DNA from: Thermoplasmata archaeon
GTDB lineage: Archaea; Thermoplasmatota; SW-10-69-26; JACQPN01; JAJPHT01
DNA length: 53,092 nt
Reading direction: 5' to 3'
Assembly: GCA_034667685.1 (NCBI GenBank)
Contig: JAXDQU010000031.1
Location: 1-53,092 of the forward strand
Shown: piece after piece, positions 38,322 through 48,300 of the stretch
Layout of the letters: each line of letters starts with the position of its first letter
How positions within the stretch are numbered: the first letter of the stretch is position 1
Position numbers and translations under genes: made by a program
Notes under the pieces: model-generated
Told to the model about the DNA's origin: nothing
Databases searched by the model: none
Seen by the model: the letters and a program-made list of their open reading frames with translations, nothing else

Positions 38322-39026
38322 GTGGAAGCCGACCCCGTCGCGCAGCAGGACGGCGCGCTCGCGCGGGCGCTCGAAGCGCTCGCCAGCGTGCCGCGCCTCT
38401 CCCTTCTGCGCCAGCTCCAGACGCCCCGGATCCTCCGCGAGATCCGCGTGCGCTCCAGCGCGGACGACGACCGCGCGGGGAGCATCTCGCGCCAGGCGAT
38501 CCGCGAGCACCTCGACAGGCTCCTGGAGATCGGCGTCATCCACGCGCGCGAAACCGAGCGCGACCACGGGGGGACGATCGAGTACATGATCAACCACCAG
38601 GCGCTCTTCGCGCTCGCGGAGGAGTTCCGGGCGCTCGCGAAGCTGAAGCCCCACGAGGAGCCCAACGCCGAGACGGTGCGCGCGCCCGCGCCCTCGCGCC
38701 CGGCGGAGGTCGCGGGACCCTCCCTCGTGCTGGTGCACGGCCTCGACGAAGGACGAAGGTTCGACCTGACGCCCGGGCCCTCGCGCCAGACGTGGACCAT
38801 CGGGCGGCGCCGCGGCACGGACGTGCCGATCGACTTCGATCCCTTCGCGAGCAGCCACCACGCGCGGATCGACTGGCGCGACGGGGCGCACTGGCTCACC
38901 GACCTCGAGGACAGCCGCAACGGGACGACGCTCAACTTCCGCGAGATCCCGAAGGCGACGCCCGTCCGGCTCGCCCCGGCTGATATCATCGGCGTGGGCC
39001 GGACCCTGTTCGTGTTCAGGGCGTGA
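38322..39026 (+). CDS. ArsR-like wHTH fused to an FHA domain
   Basis: LEALASVPRLSLL...ISRQAIREHLDRLLEIGVI; FHA motifs TIGRR, ASSHHA, DSRNGT, DIIGVG; GGAGG before the GTG. Confidence 0.88.
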   Translation: MEADPVAQQDGALARALEALASVPRLSLLRQLQTPRILREIRVRSSADDDRAGSISRQAIREHLDRLLEIGVIHARETERDHGGTIEYMINHQALFALAEEFRALAKLKPHEEPNAETVRAPAPSRPAEVAGPSLVLVHGLDEGRRFDLTPGPSRQTWTIGRRRGTDVPIDFDPFASSHHARIDWRDGAHWLTDLEDSRNGTTLNFREIPKATPVRLAPADIIGVGRTLFVFRA

Positions 39027-40830
39027 GCGTGGCCTGGCGCAGCGCCGCGCGCATGGCGCCCGCGTCCGGATAGCGCTGGAGCGGATCGTCCGCCGTGGCC
39101 TTCTCGACGATCGCGACGAGGGCCGGCGGGAGCGGCGGGACCGCGATCGCCCGCAGGAGGCGCCCCGCCGCGTAGACGTCGGTCGCGGGCGTGACGGGCT
39201 CTCCGCGCCGCTGCTCGGGCGCCATGAAGGCGGGCGTTCCCGCGAAGACGCCGGGGTCGTGGAAGCCCGCGGTCGTGGACTCGCGCAGCCACGCGATGCC
39301 GAAGTCGGCGACCTTGGGCGAGCCGTCGGCCGCGACGAGGACGTTCGCCGCCTTGAGGTCGCGGTGGACGATCCCGCGCGCATGCGCCGCCTCGAGCCCG
39401 GCGAGGACGCCCTCGAGCATGCGGACCGCCTCGCCCGCCTCGAGGGGCGCGCGCTCCGCGAGGGTGCCGCCCGGGACGTGCTCCATGACGAGCACGGAGC
39501 TTCCCAGGAGCGGAAGGACGTCGTGCACGACGACCACGTTGGGGTGCGCGATCTGGCCCGCCGCCCTGGCCTCGCGCACGCCCCGGGCGTCCGCGTCCTC
39601 CGCCACCTCCTTGAGCACCACGGCCCGGTCGATCCGCGAGTCCTGGGCGAGGAACGCGTGCCCCTCGCCGCCGCGGCCGATGCGCCGGACGACGCGATAA
39701 CGCTCGGCCAGCACGGCGCCTTCGCGCAGCGGGCCTTCCTCGGCGGCCGCGCCGGGCGAGGCGCCCGGGATCCCGTACGCGCGGCTCGCCACCGCGTCGA
39801 GGAAGGCGCGGAACGCCTGCGAGGCCGCCACCGCGAGGCCGAGGACGACCGCGTCGATCAGCGTGAACGATCCCGAGCCGGGGAGCGTCACCTGCACGAG
39901 GAAGAGGAGGAACGCGACGGCGCCGAACGTCGAGATGCCCAGGAGCACGCGCGCCGCCCGCCGCCGCCGGACGACGCCCATGTCGAGCACGTCGTGGCGA
40001 AGGACCGCCGTGGATGCGAGCGCCCCCACGATCAGCCAGCGCACCGACGCCGTCCCCTTCCCGAGCGCGAGCGCCCAGGGCGGCGCGGCCCCGCCCCCCA
40101 ACGCCGCCTGGATCAAGGTGGGCGCGAGCGTCGTGGAGAGCGTGACGAGGACGCCGGCAAGGGGACCCACGAGCCGGTAGGCGCGCGAGGAGGGCGCCAG
40201 CGCGAGGAGCGCCGCGGCCGCGAGGGTCGCGACGACGCCGATGGGCAGCCCCGGCAGCGTCGTGGGATCGCGGATCGCGGCTCCGGCGAGGTCGTACGCC
40301 GCGGCGCTCCAGAGGGGAATCGCGGCGACGCACATCGCCACGAAGAGCGGCGCGATGGCGCGGTCCGGGGGGCTCCCGCGCAGCCGCCGCGCGAGCGTGA
40401 ACGCGACGAACGAGTAGACCAGCGTGGCCTCGACCAGCGGCAGGTAGTTCGGGGCGTCGAACGCGCCGCCGACCTTGGCGCGCGAGAGCTCGACGACGAC
40501 CACGACCGCGGCCACGGCGCGGAGCGCCCATGCGCCGGCCCGCCAGGCTCGGCGCCGCCCGAGGAGCTCGGCCGCCAGCGCGAGCAGGACGACCGGATCG
40601 AGCGCCGAGCAGATCGAAGCGGCCTTCAAGAGAAGAAGCGGATCGAGGGGCGGTGGGGCCAGCGCCCGCGCCGTCTCGAACGCCTGGTTGAGGAAGATCA
40701 GCCCGAGGAAGAACGCCAGGAGACGGCCCGCGCGTCGCTGGCGCGCGCCCACGAGCGCGAGCAGCGCGAACGCGCCGGTCACGATCGCGGCGGCGGCCTT
40801 CAGGAAGACGTCGAGGGCCACGCTTGCCAC
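39016..40830 (-). CDS. Multi-pass membrane Hanks-type Ser/Thr protein kinase
   Basis: About 11 hydrophobic segments, then IGRGGEG, VVLK, REA, HPNV, HRDLKAANVL, DFG, GTPAFMAPE, DVYAAG. Confidence 0.92.
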   Translation of the reverse strand: MASVALDVFLKAAAAIVTGAFALLALVGARQRRAGRLLAFFLGLIFLNQAFETARALAPPPLDPLLLLKAASICSALDPVVLLALAAELLGRRRAWRAGAWALRAVAAVVVVVELSRAKVGGAFDAPNYLPLVEATLVYSFVAFTLARRLRGSPPDRAIAPLFVAMCVAAIPLWSAAAYDLAGAAIRDPTTLPGLPIGVVATLAAAALLALAPSSRAYRLVGPLAGVLVTLSTTLAPTLIQAALGGGAAPPWALALGKGTASVRWLIVGALASTAVLRHDVLDMGVVRRRRAARVLLGISTFGAVAFLLFLVQVTLPGSGSFTLIDAVVLGLAVAASQAFRAFLDAVASRAYGIPGASPGAAAEEGPLREGAVLAERYRVVRRIGRGGEGHAFLAQDSRIDRAVVLKEVAEDADARGVREARAAGQIAHPNVVVVHDVLPLLGSSVLVMEHVPGGTLAERAPLEAGEAVRMLEGVLAGLEAAHARGIVHRDLKAANVLVAADGSPKVADFGIAWLRESTTAGFHDPGVFAGTPAFMAPEQRRGEPVTPATDVYAAGRLLRAIAVPPLPPALVAIVEKATADDPLQRYPDAGAMRAALRQATLTP

Positions 40831-40872
40831 AGCCGGCCTCGCGTCATCAAGCTTTTCGGGCCACGCCCGGCC

Positions 40873-41163
40873 TCAGAGCCCGCCGTCGCAGTCGGGACCC
40901 GCGTCGGAGTTCACGAACACGCCGGTGCACGCGTGCGCGCCGTCGTTGTAGACCCCCACGCACGCGTAGGGAGGCACGCCGCCGGGCACGTACTCCTGCG
41001 CGCCCGTGCACGAGACGGAGCCGGTGTTGTTCGAGAAGACGCCCACGCAGGCGTAGCTCACGGCGCTCACCTGGACGCCGGCGCACCCGGCGGCGGAGGC
41101 GAGACCCGCGAAGGAGACGAAAGCAGTCAGGAGGCTGAGCGTCACGAGGAGGATGGTTCTCAT
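40873..41163 (-). CDS. Small secreted Cys-rich peptide with six CxG motifs
   Basis: Signal peptide MRTILLVTLSLLTAFVSFAGLASA; about 72 aa mature part with CAGV, CVGV, CTGA, CVGV, CTGV, CDGG. Confidence 0.75.
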   Translation of the reverse strand: MRTILLVTLSLLTAFVSFAGLASAAGCAGVQVSAVSYACVGVFSNNTGSVSCTGAQEYVPGGVPPYACVGVYNDGAHACTGVFVNSDAGPDCDGGL

Positions 41164-41315
41164 GGTTCCCACTTGCGCCGAAGCGCGCACGGTAACACAC
41201 CCCTTCCCCGCAAAGAGTTGGGCAAGCTTGGGCTTGCGCGTCGACGGGACCTTCCGGCCGATCGCGCGGCGCGGGGGATCGCAACCCCCAAGAGGAGGCA
41301 CGCCTAGGCCGATCC

Positions 41316-42233
41316 GTGCGCCGCGCCGCGCTGCTGCTTGTCCTCGTCGCCCTGAGCGGGTGCACGCACGCGGGCGCCCCGCCCCTCCTCGGGGGCACGC
41401 CCACGCCCACCGACGCGACGCCCGGGAGCGACCCGCGCTTCCCGCCGCTGCGCTTCGGTGGCACGGTCCTCGATGCGCTCAGCGGCCAGGCGCTCGACGA
41501 CGCCACCGTGATCCTCGACCTCGCGGCCACCGCGCCCTGCCGCAACGAAGGCATCCTCTGGCAGCAGTCGAACGTGCCCACCACGGGCCTCGACGGCCGC
41601 TTCGGCCCGCACGTCGCCGAGCGCCCGCGCACCAACGACTTCGCCTACTTCCTCCACGTCACCGCGCCCGGCTACGCGGAGAACGTCACGTTCATCGGCC
41701 CCGCCGAAGCGCAAGGCGACCTGGGCAACCTCACCATCGTCCTGCACCCCGACCGCAGCGTCAGCGGCACCGCGCCGCCTGGCACCGTCGTCGCCCTCGA
41801 CGCGCCCGGCTTCCCCCGCCTCGCCGCCGCCGACGCCAACGGCACCTTCGAGATCGACCACGCCCGCGTCCTCCCCGCCTCCTTCGTCGCGGACCTCGAC
41901 GAACCCTACCTGGACACCCTCGCCGCCCCCGCCAACCTCACCCTCGCCGCGCCCGCTGGCAACGCCACCGGCTGGCCGCTCCAAGGCACCGTCCGCGGCC
42001 CCGGCGGCGCCGCGCTCGTCGCGGACGTCGTCGCGCGCAACCACAACGGCACGCTGATCGGCGCGGCTCGATCCTCCGACGACGGGCTGTTCACCATGTG
42101 GGTGCCGCGGACGCCTGGTGATATCACGCTGCAGGCGCGGACCGCCGATGGGCACTACGGGGCTTCCCTGCCGACGACGTTGAATGGGGCTCCTGCCACG
42201 CGGTTTGGGTTGGTGGCAAGGGCGTTGTGCTGA
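41316..42233 (+). CDS. Lipoprotein with carboxypeptidase-regulatory-like (prealbumin-fold) repeats
   Basis: Lipobox LSGC; GTVLDALSGQALDDATV, TGLDGRF, VTAPGY, ADANGTF, SSDDGLF. Confidence 0.8.
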   Translation: MRRAALLLVLVALSGCTHAGAPPLLGGTPTPTDATPGSDPRFPPLRFGGTVLDALSGQALDDATVILDLAATAPCRNEGILWQQSNVPTTGLDGRFGPHVAERPRTNDFAYFLHVTAPGYAENVTFIGPAEAQGDLGNLTIVLHPDRSVSGTAPPGTVVALDAPGFPRLAAADANGTFEIDHARVLPASFVADLDEPYLDTLAAPANLTLAAPAGNATGWPLQGTVRGPGGAALVADVVARNHNGTLIGAARSSDDGLFTMWVPRTPGDITLQARTADGHYGASLPTTLNGAPATRFGLVARALC

Positions 42234-42368
42234 GAGGGGAGAGGCGACGGTGCTCTCGCCAAAACGTCAACGGCCTCGACACGCCACCGGCATGCGTTGG
42301 CATGGCGTGTGCAGTGGCGGGGTTGCATTCCGGCAATCGTTCTATGGGAATCATCCCTGCGGCGAACG

Positions 42369-43397
42369 ATGAAAACGCCTCAGATCATCCTCGTTGCGTG
42401 CCTCGTCGCGCTACCCATCCTGGCCGGACTCCCCCTTGCGAGCGCCGCATCTTCGTCCTGCCGTGCATCTTCTGGCAATGATGCCGCCCCACAACCCTGC
42501 ACGTTCGATTGCGCATTCGGAGAAACAATTGTCGTGACGGTCGACACCTGGGACCTTGCTCCCGCAACCGGGACTGCTCAGTGTGGAACATCGACAGCAA
42601 CCTGCTCCGCGCAATCCCCCGATGAAACGGAGAGGAACTGCACGGGCTCGAGCCTCCCGACCCTGGCCGCGGGGACTGGCGTCTGTAGCGTGAGCGTTCC
42701 AAGCGACATCTACAAGGGTAACTACGTGACGTGCAGCACGACGACTGGCCTGATACTCCAGGTCCCTTCCGAGTCAGTCGGTATTGGCGAGCAGTCGACG
42801 CCCGCGGTAGGTGGCGACACCATCACGGTCTATCCAGGAGGCAGCACGCCCGCAATCGACCCGATTGCGTCTCCTGGAGTGGGGATTCCCGCGACATGCA
42901 CGGTCAATGTGTGCGACAACCCGACGCCCTATGGCCCCATCGTGGTTCCGACCGTCGGGAAAACGTGCGCCCCTCTGAACGTCGTCTGCTTGGGCCCGAC
43001 CGACCCAGTCACCGTGCTTCCCTCCGGCTCGGTCCCTCCGGCTTGCGCAGTGCTCGGCCCCGCCTGCATTCCGGCTGGCCCTGAAATCATCCCTTCCGAC
43101 ATCGTCGAGACGCCCGCGATCCCGTCGGTTCCCATTTCCCCCGTGCAAACCCAGGAACCTGCCCTTGGGCCCCAGTTGACTCCCGGCGTAGTCGTCTACG
43201 TCAACAGCACCCCCATCCCCGTGACGCCACCCTCGACGTCGCCAAGCACGATCGGCCCGTACCCCGTCTTGGGCCCACCCGTTCCGATCACGCTGTGCGA
43301 TCCGAATTGTAGCGTCCCCGTCACAATCGGCGGCGGGGCCGTTGAGGTTGCGGCGAGCGTTGCTGGGCGCAACGTCGACTACTGGTTCACCGTGTAG
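42369..43397 (+). CDS. Secreted Cys/Pro/Thr-rich protein (atypical codon usage)
   Basis: Signal peptide; more than a dozen Cys in pairs; Pro-rich C-terminal half; many A/T-ending codons. Confidence 0.72.
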   Translation: MKTPQIILVACLVALPILAGLPLASAASSSCRASSGNDAAPQPCTFDCAFGETIVVTVDTWDLAPATGTAQCGTSTATCSAQSPDETERNCTGSSLPTLAAGTGVCSVSVPSDIYKGNYVTCSTTTGLILQVPSESVGIGEQSTPAVGGDTITVYPGGSTPAIDPIASPGVGIPATCTVNVCDNPTPYGPIVVPTVGKTCAPLNVVCLGPTDPVTVLPSGSVPPACAVLGPACIPAGPEIIPSDIVETPAIPSVPISPVQTQEPALGPQLTPGVVVYVNSTPIPVTPPSTSPSTIGPYPVLGPPVPITLCDPNCSVPVTIGGGAVEVAASVAGRNVDYWFTV

Positions 43398-43427
43398 TCC
43401 AAGCGAGAGGAAACCGACCGCGGCCCA

Positions 43428-43527
43428 TCACCGGCTCGAACTCCACCGTCCGGTCACGTAGACGTCCATGAGCCGGTTGAGCAGCTCGTCGTAGGTCTCG
43501 CCTTTCTTGCCGAGCGACCGGAGCCGG
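43428..43527 (-). pseudogene. Degenerate copy of the 3' part of the small gene at 45006..45155
   Basis: About 95% identical to 45011..45111 (4 substitutions, 1-bp deletion); the 5' end is missing. Confidence 0.8.
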
Positions 43528-43898
43528 AGCGGCGCCTTCCGCGCCCTTGTCCTCCCGCGCCGCGCGTGACCCTCTTCACGGTCGTCTTCCGAAAGAAGCG
43601 CAATGGCGACTACGACGTCGCGATCCAGCCCACGACAAGCGCATCGCGGCGCAAGGGCCACCGCTGGACGGATACCTCGGCCGCGGATGACGAGGTGGCG
43701 AAACGGCTCGTGGCGATGGCGCGGGCGCTGTGCTGAGGGTGAAAACGAAAACTCGCGTCGATCCCGCATTTGCACGCGCGAGACTCAAGCTCGCTTCGCG
43801 AAAACAGTGCTCAACCGAGCCTTGTGTCTAACGCAACCTATAATGCTGAACGCCTCGGGTTCTGCCGCGCCCGAACCTGTCGGGCGGGTGTAAGTGAA

Positions 43899-44894
43899 AT
43901 GAGACCAGTCCTCGTCCTCCTCGTGATCGCGGGATCAACAATTGCATTCGCAGGCACGACCAAGGCGGCTGGCCTTCAGACGCTCTGCTCGAATGAGGGA
44001 CCCATTGACACGAACGGCCCCAACTCGGCATCGGGGACTCTTTGGACATGCGACTTCGACGTTCAGGCCGGCGGTGTTGTGGATGTCAGCTATCTCTACT
44101 GCTACGATGCCGCCACCCATGGCAGGATCGCCTCCATTACAACATATGCGCGAATGGATGGCACGCCTGTGATGGTCGACACTCTGCCATTCACCACCCC
44201 CTACTCGGGGGATGGCTCGTGTACCGTGGATGACCCGAGCACATACGCGCTGCATACCTTCGTTGTGCCAGCCGTCGCCTTCGACGAGTTCCAATGGACA
44301 TACACGAACGGCGACTACGGAATCTCAGTTGCCAACATCCAGGTCATGGGCGTTGCTGCGCCCGGGGTCGACGCACCAACAGGCGTCAAGTCCTGCCAAG
44401 TCTACAACCAGGAGTATTCCCCCTCGCCCTATCCGGGTCAGGACAATGGCTTCGTGGTCGAGAACAATCCTTCCGGACCAGAGGGGGATCAGGCATTCTG
44501 CTTCGGAGCCGCCACCGGCGCACCGTGCCAGCCTGGCGAACCTGGCGTCATCTTCGATAATGCACCGATATGCCTTGCAGATCCATGCCCGCAATCGATT
44601 GATCCGAACACGGTCGCGGCTTGCGGTGTCGGTCCCGAATGTCCCTCGGGCCTAACGAGCCCACCGGCTCCTGGCCAACTCCTCGTCGTATGTGGAAAAG
44701 CCGTCTCCGGTTGCAGCTTGAGCGGCGCGGGTCCCGGCCCGGGCTGGGGCATCGGCGCAGCGGGGGTCTGTATCGGTCTTCCCTGGGTGGAACAAGGTGC
44801 TGCGCCTTGCCCAGGCGCGACGATCAATGAGCGCGTCTTTTGGGGGACGACTCCCGGCTTCGCGCCAGGGAGCACCACGGATGTCTGCGTCTAG
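43899..44894 (+). CDS. Secreted Cys-rich protein (atypical codon usage)
   Basis: Signal peptide MRPVLVLLVIAGSTIAFAGTTKA; about 16 Cys; CTATAAT about 55 nt upstream. Confidence 0.75.
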   Translation: MRPVLVLLVIAGSTIAFAGTTKAAGLQTLCSNEGPIDTNGPNSASGTLWTCDFDVQAGGVVDVSYLYCYDAATHGRIASITTYARMDGTPVMVDTLPFTTPYSGDGSCTVDDPSTYALHTFVVPAVAFDEFQWTYTNGDYGISVANIQVMGVAAPGVDAPTGVKSCQVYNQEYSPSPYPGQDNGFVVENNPSGPEGDQAFCFGAATGAPCQPGEPGVIFDNAPICLADPCPQSIDPNTVAACGVGPECPSGLTSPPAPGQLLVVCGKAVSGCSLSGAGPGPGWGIGAAGVCIGLPWVEQGAAPCPGATINERVFWGTTPGFAPGSTTDVCV

Positions 44895-45005
44895 AGGCGA
44901 CGGGGTGAACACTAAGCGAGCGCACAACATCCAGGACGGCCACCGTAGGACGCAACTTCAGCGTCACTTGGTTGGAGCCTGAGTCACCTACGGGTAAGGG
45001 CTTGA

Positions 45006-45155
45006 CTACTTCACGGGCTCGAACTCCACCGTCCGGTTCACGTAGACGTCCATGAGCCGGTTGAGCAGCTCATCGTAGGTCTCTCCTTTCTTGCCGAGCG
45101 ACCGGAGGCGGTCGCGTGTCGCCTTGGTCAGCGGAATCGTGGTGATGTCGCCCAA
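45006..45155 (-). CDS. Small RHH-like/antitoxin-like DNA-binding protein
   Basis: TTIPLTKATRDRLRSLGKKGETYDELLNRLM matches the archaeal TTI...TxxxL...GETYDxxxxRL small-protein pattern; TTG start inferred. Confidence 0.75.
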   Translation of the reverse strand: MGDITTIPLTKATRDRLRSLGKKGETYDELLNRLMDVYVNRTVEFEPVK

Positions 45156-45324
45156 CCAGGGCACCTTCCAGGGGAACAGGCAGGCTTTGACAGTTATGAG
45201 TTTCGATAAGAGCCTCATCACGACGGGCTGTCGGAGTGGCAGTTCGGTTCAAAAGCCACTCCGGAAGCTTGAATACGTCCCGTCTCTTCGAGCCGAAGCA
45301 TACCCCACGCGGGGAGGTTGCCGC

Positions 45325-48300
45325 ATGCTTGGACGCCGGTCGATGGCATTCGTGTTCGCTGGACTCATGCTCGGTTCGGCACTGGCTTTGATCACCCCCC
45401 CCTCAGGTGCGGCGCCGGGCGACAACGGCCCTCCGTCAAAGGGTGGATGGATCGAATCCGCGACGGCGACGCCGTCGTGCAACAATCCCTGCCGCCACGC
45501 TGTCGACGGCCCGAACACCTACAACATCGCGAAGATTGGGGACACGATTTCGACGACGGTCAGCGGCTGGGTAACCAGTGACGGCTGCACACCTCAGAGC
45601 GGCGTTGCTCCGAGTGTGTTCGTAGACGTTGACTTCACTGCAGTCGACGGCTCCCATACAAACCAGACGGCATCGACCACGGCGAACTCGACCACGAATC
45701 CGTTTGACACGGCAGGTTACACGTTCACCGCGACGATTTCCCATCAGCTTCTTCCCGCGAATCTTGACACAGTCGGAACGGCGAACCCGCTCGTCACGAT
45801 TCCGCTGGGCCTCTTCGTTCGATGTGGTGGGAGCCTTGCGCCCGTCGGTTCATTCACCATGAACCGCACCGCGACGTCTGGGGCCCCCATCGTCATCGAC
45901 GTCACGCCCCCGACCACCGCCTTCACGTTGGCCACCACCGGCACCGGCGGGTTCGGCACCACGACGTTCTCGATCACGGGCCCCACGGTCTTCGCGAAGA
46001 ACCCCGTCGAGAGCGTGACGTTCGACCTCTCCCAGATCAACAGCGCGATCGGCACGATCACCACGGGTGGCACGCTCACTCAGATCCAGCAGAATCTCAC
46101 GAAGTACTTCACCAACAACGTCACGACGAACACGGGCGTTCCCTTCCCGAAGGCTGCGATCACCGTCACCGACACGTCGGGCAACGTCCTCCCTGCGGAC
46201 GTGACCTACGTGGGCCACGCGCTGGACCTCAAGGCGCCTGGGAATTTCCCCGGGCCCCTGGCGCTTGACCGCGCGGCGCCGCCCGGCATAAACATCACCT
46301 ACCAGGTCCCCACGGGCTCTGAGTACACGAACCTCAGCGTGAATCTAACCGACATCACGCTCGGGGCGAGCTATCTCGTCGAGTGCGACTACCAATGGGT
46401 CGTCACGACGTTCGCAGACGGCTGCGGCCTCGTCGTGAACGCCACGAGCCAGGCCAACAAGTCCGTCGTCTTCGGCCTCCGCCCCACGGCCATGCTGCCG
46501 CTGATGCCCGACCATGTCTACCAGGCGACCGTCGCGCTCCATGACGGCGTCAACAACTCCAACGCCTGGACGCAGACCGGCACCGTCCACACCTGGCCCA
46601 ATCCGACGGCCAGCGTCGAGGTCCTCCTGCCTCCTGGCAAGACGGTGGCCGCCGTGGGCGACACGGTCACGCTCGTTCCGATCCCCTCGTCGATCTCGGG
46701 CACGAACCACGACACGTACAAGATCGTCGCCGACACGAGCGCGTTCTCCTCGCAGACCTCGCCGTTCTGGATCTGGACCGCGTCGACGAACTCGTGGAAC
46801 TACACGACGCCCGCGACGGTGACCATCCAGAACACAAGCTTCTCGCGCAGCGTCAGCGCGAGCGTGCTGCCCATCCCGCTCTACGGCAACACGACGTTCG
46901 GGTACGGCAACGTCGTCGACGCCAACGGCAATCCCTTCGCCGTCTTCCCCATCGATCCCCGCGCTCCCGACGTCATCACGAATGAGAAGCTCACGCCGCT
47001 CACGGGCGGCGCGATCAAGGTCGAGTTCACGCCGCCAGCGGACGCGGACGTCGACCACTACGTGCTACACGCGGTCGACACGACCACGAACACGCCGATC
47101 AACGCGGACCAGTCGTGCGCGGCGTCGGGCTGCACGTGGACGCACGCGCCCGACGACCACGTCTATCAGATCTCGGTCGCGGGCGTCGACACGGCCGGAA
47201 ACCAGGGCCAGTTCAACACGAACCCGCCCTCGGCGCCCAGCAGCGCGAACCCGGACGCGCTCCTTGTCACGACGCCGCAGGGCACGTACAGCCTGCCGCC
47301 GGTCGTGGCGGGCACGTGGTCCGGCGCGACGATTCCCGCCGGCACGACGAACCTGACGATGACGTTCCAGAGCGCGCCGAACAACACGGCGCAGCCCGGC
47401 AAGTACTGGACCGCGCAGAGCGGCGCCGCGGCGTGGTCGAGCAGCCCCTATGTCTTCTACGGAACGCTCCAGGCCAACGGCCAGTTCTCCGTCGACAACT
47501 TCACGCGGCAGGCCAACGCCTCCGCGCTCGCGAGCCTTCCCGAGGGCTTCTACAACGTGCAGCTCACGCTGACGGACTCGCCGCACAACATCGCGTTCCC
47601 GGCGACCTTCAGCTACACGCTCAATTACAACGTCGCCGCCCACGTGACGCCCATCGCGGGCGCGGGCAGCCCGCCCGTCATCAAGGGCTTCGGGAACTTC
47701 TCGGGCCCCTGGACCGGCAGCGTCGTCCCTGCGACGACCGACGCGACGAAGTTCCCGACGGGCACGAACGTCACGGTCGCGCTGGTGCGCAACGACACCG
47801 GCGGCACGAAGTACTGGACCGGGGCCGCGCCGACCTCGACGTCGGATCCGTTCACGAGCACGCCGAAGTGGATGGGCGCGTGGGCGTACGCCAGCAACGG
47901 CACGTGGGTCTCGTGGAACCTGACGTCCGGCTTCGGCGCGGAGTCGGCGAACGCGGCGAAGCTGCCCAGCGGGAGCAGCTACGCGTTGGCCGTCCAGATC
48001 CAGGACCCCACGCACGGCATCACGAGCACGGACTTCTATCCGTTCATCCTCGACCGCGACGCGCCCGCGATCGACACGACGGCGACGTCGTTCTCGATCG
48101 TGCCCAGCGCTGCCTCGCCGACCCAGTACATGCAGGGCTTCTCGACCCTCGTCGTGCAGACGAAGGCGACGGACGCAGGCACGGGCCTGACGGGCTTCAC
48201 GTACACCCTCAAGCGCGCGGACGGCAGCGCCGCGCCCACGGTGGCGGGCGGCGTGGCGAGCGTATCGTGCCCCTCGGCGGCCTGCTCGCTCTCGCCGCCG

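Noticed and set aside
43428-43775. 115-aa minus-strand ORF as a real gene
   Set aside because: Only the last ~33 codons are the duplicated fragment; the upstream part lacks coding-like composition
43428-45111. Diversity-generating retroelement TR/VR pair
   Set aside because: Mismatches are not adenine-specific, there is an indel, and no reverse transcriptase is present in the window
45325-45390. Tat signal (GRRSMAF) on the giant protein
   Set aside because: Poor match to S/T-R-R-x-F-L; a 2300-aa multi-domain glycoprotein is more plausibly Sec-exported
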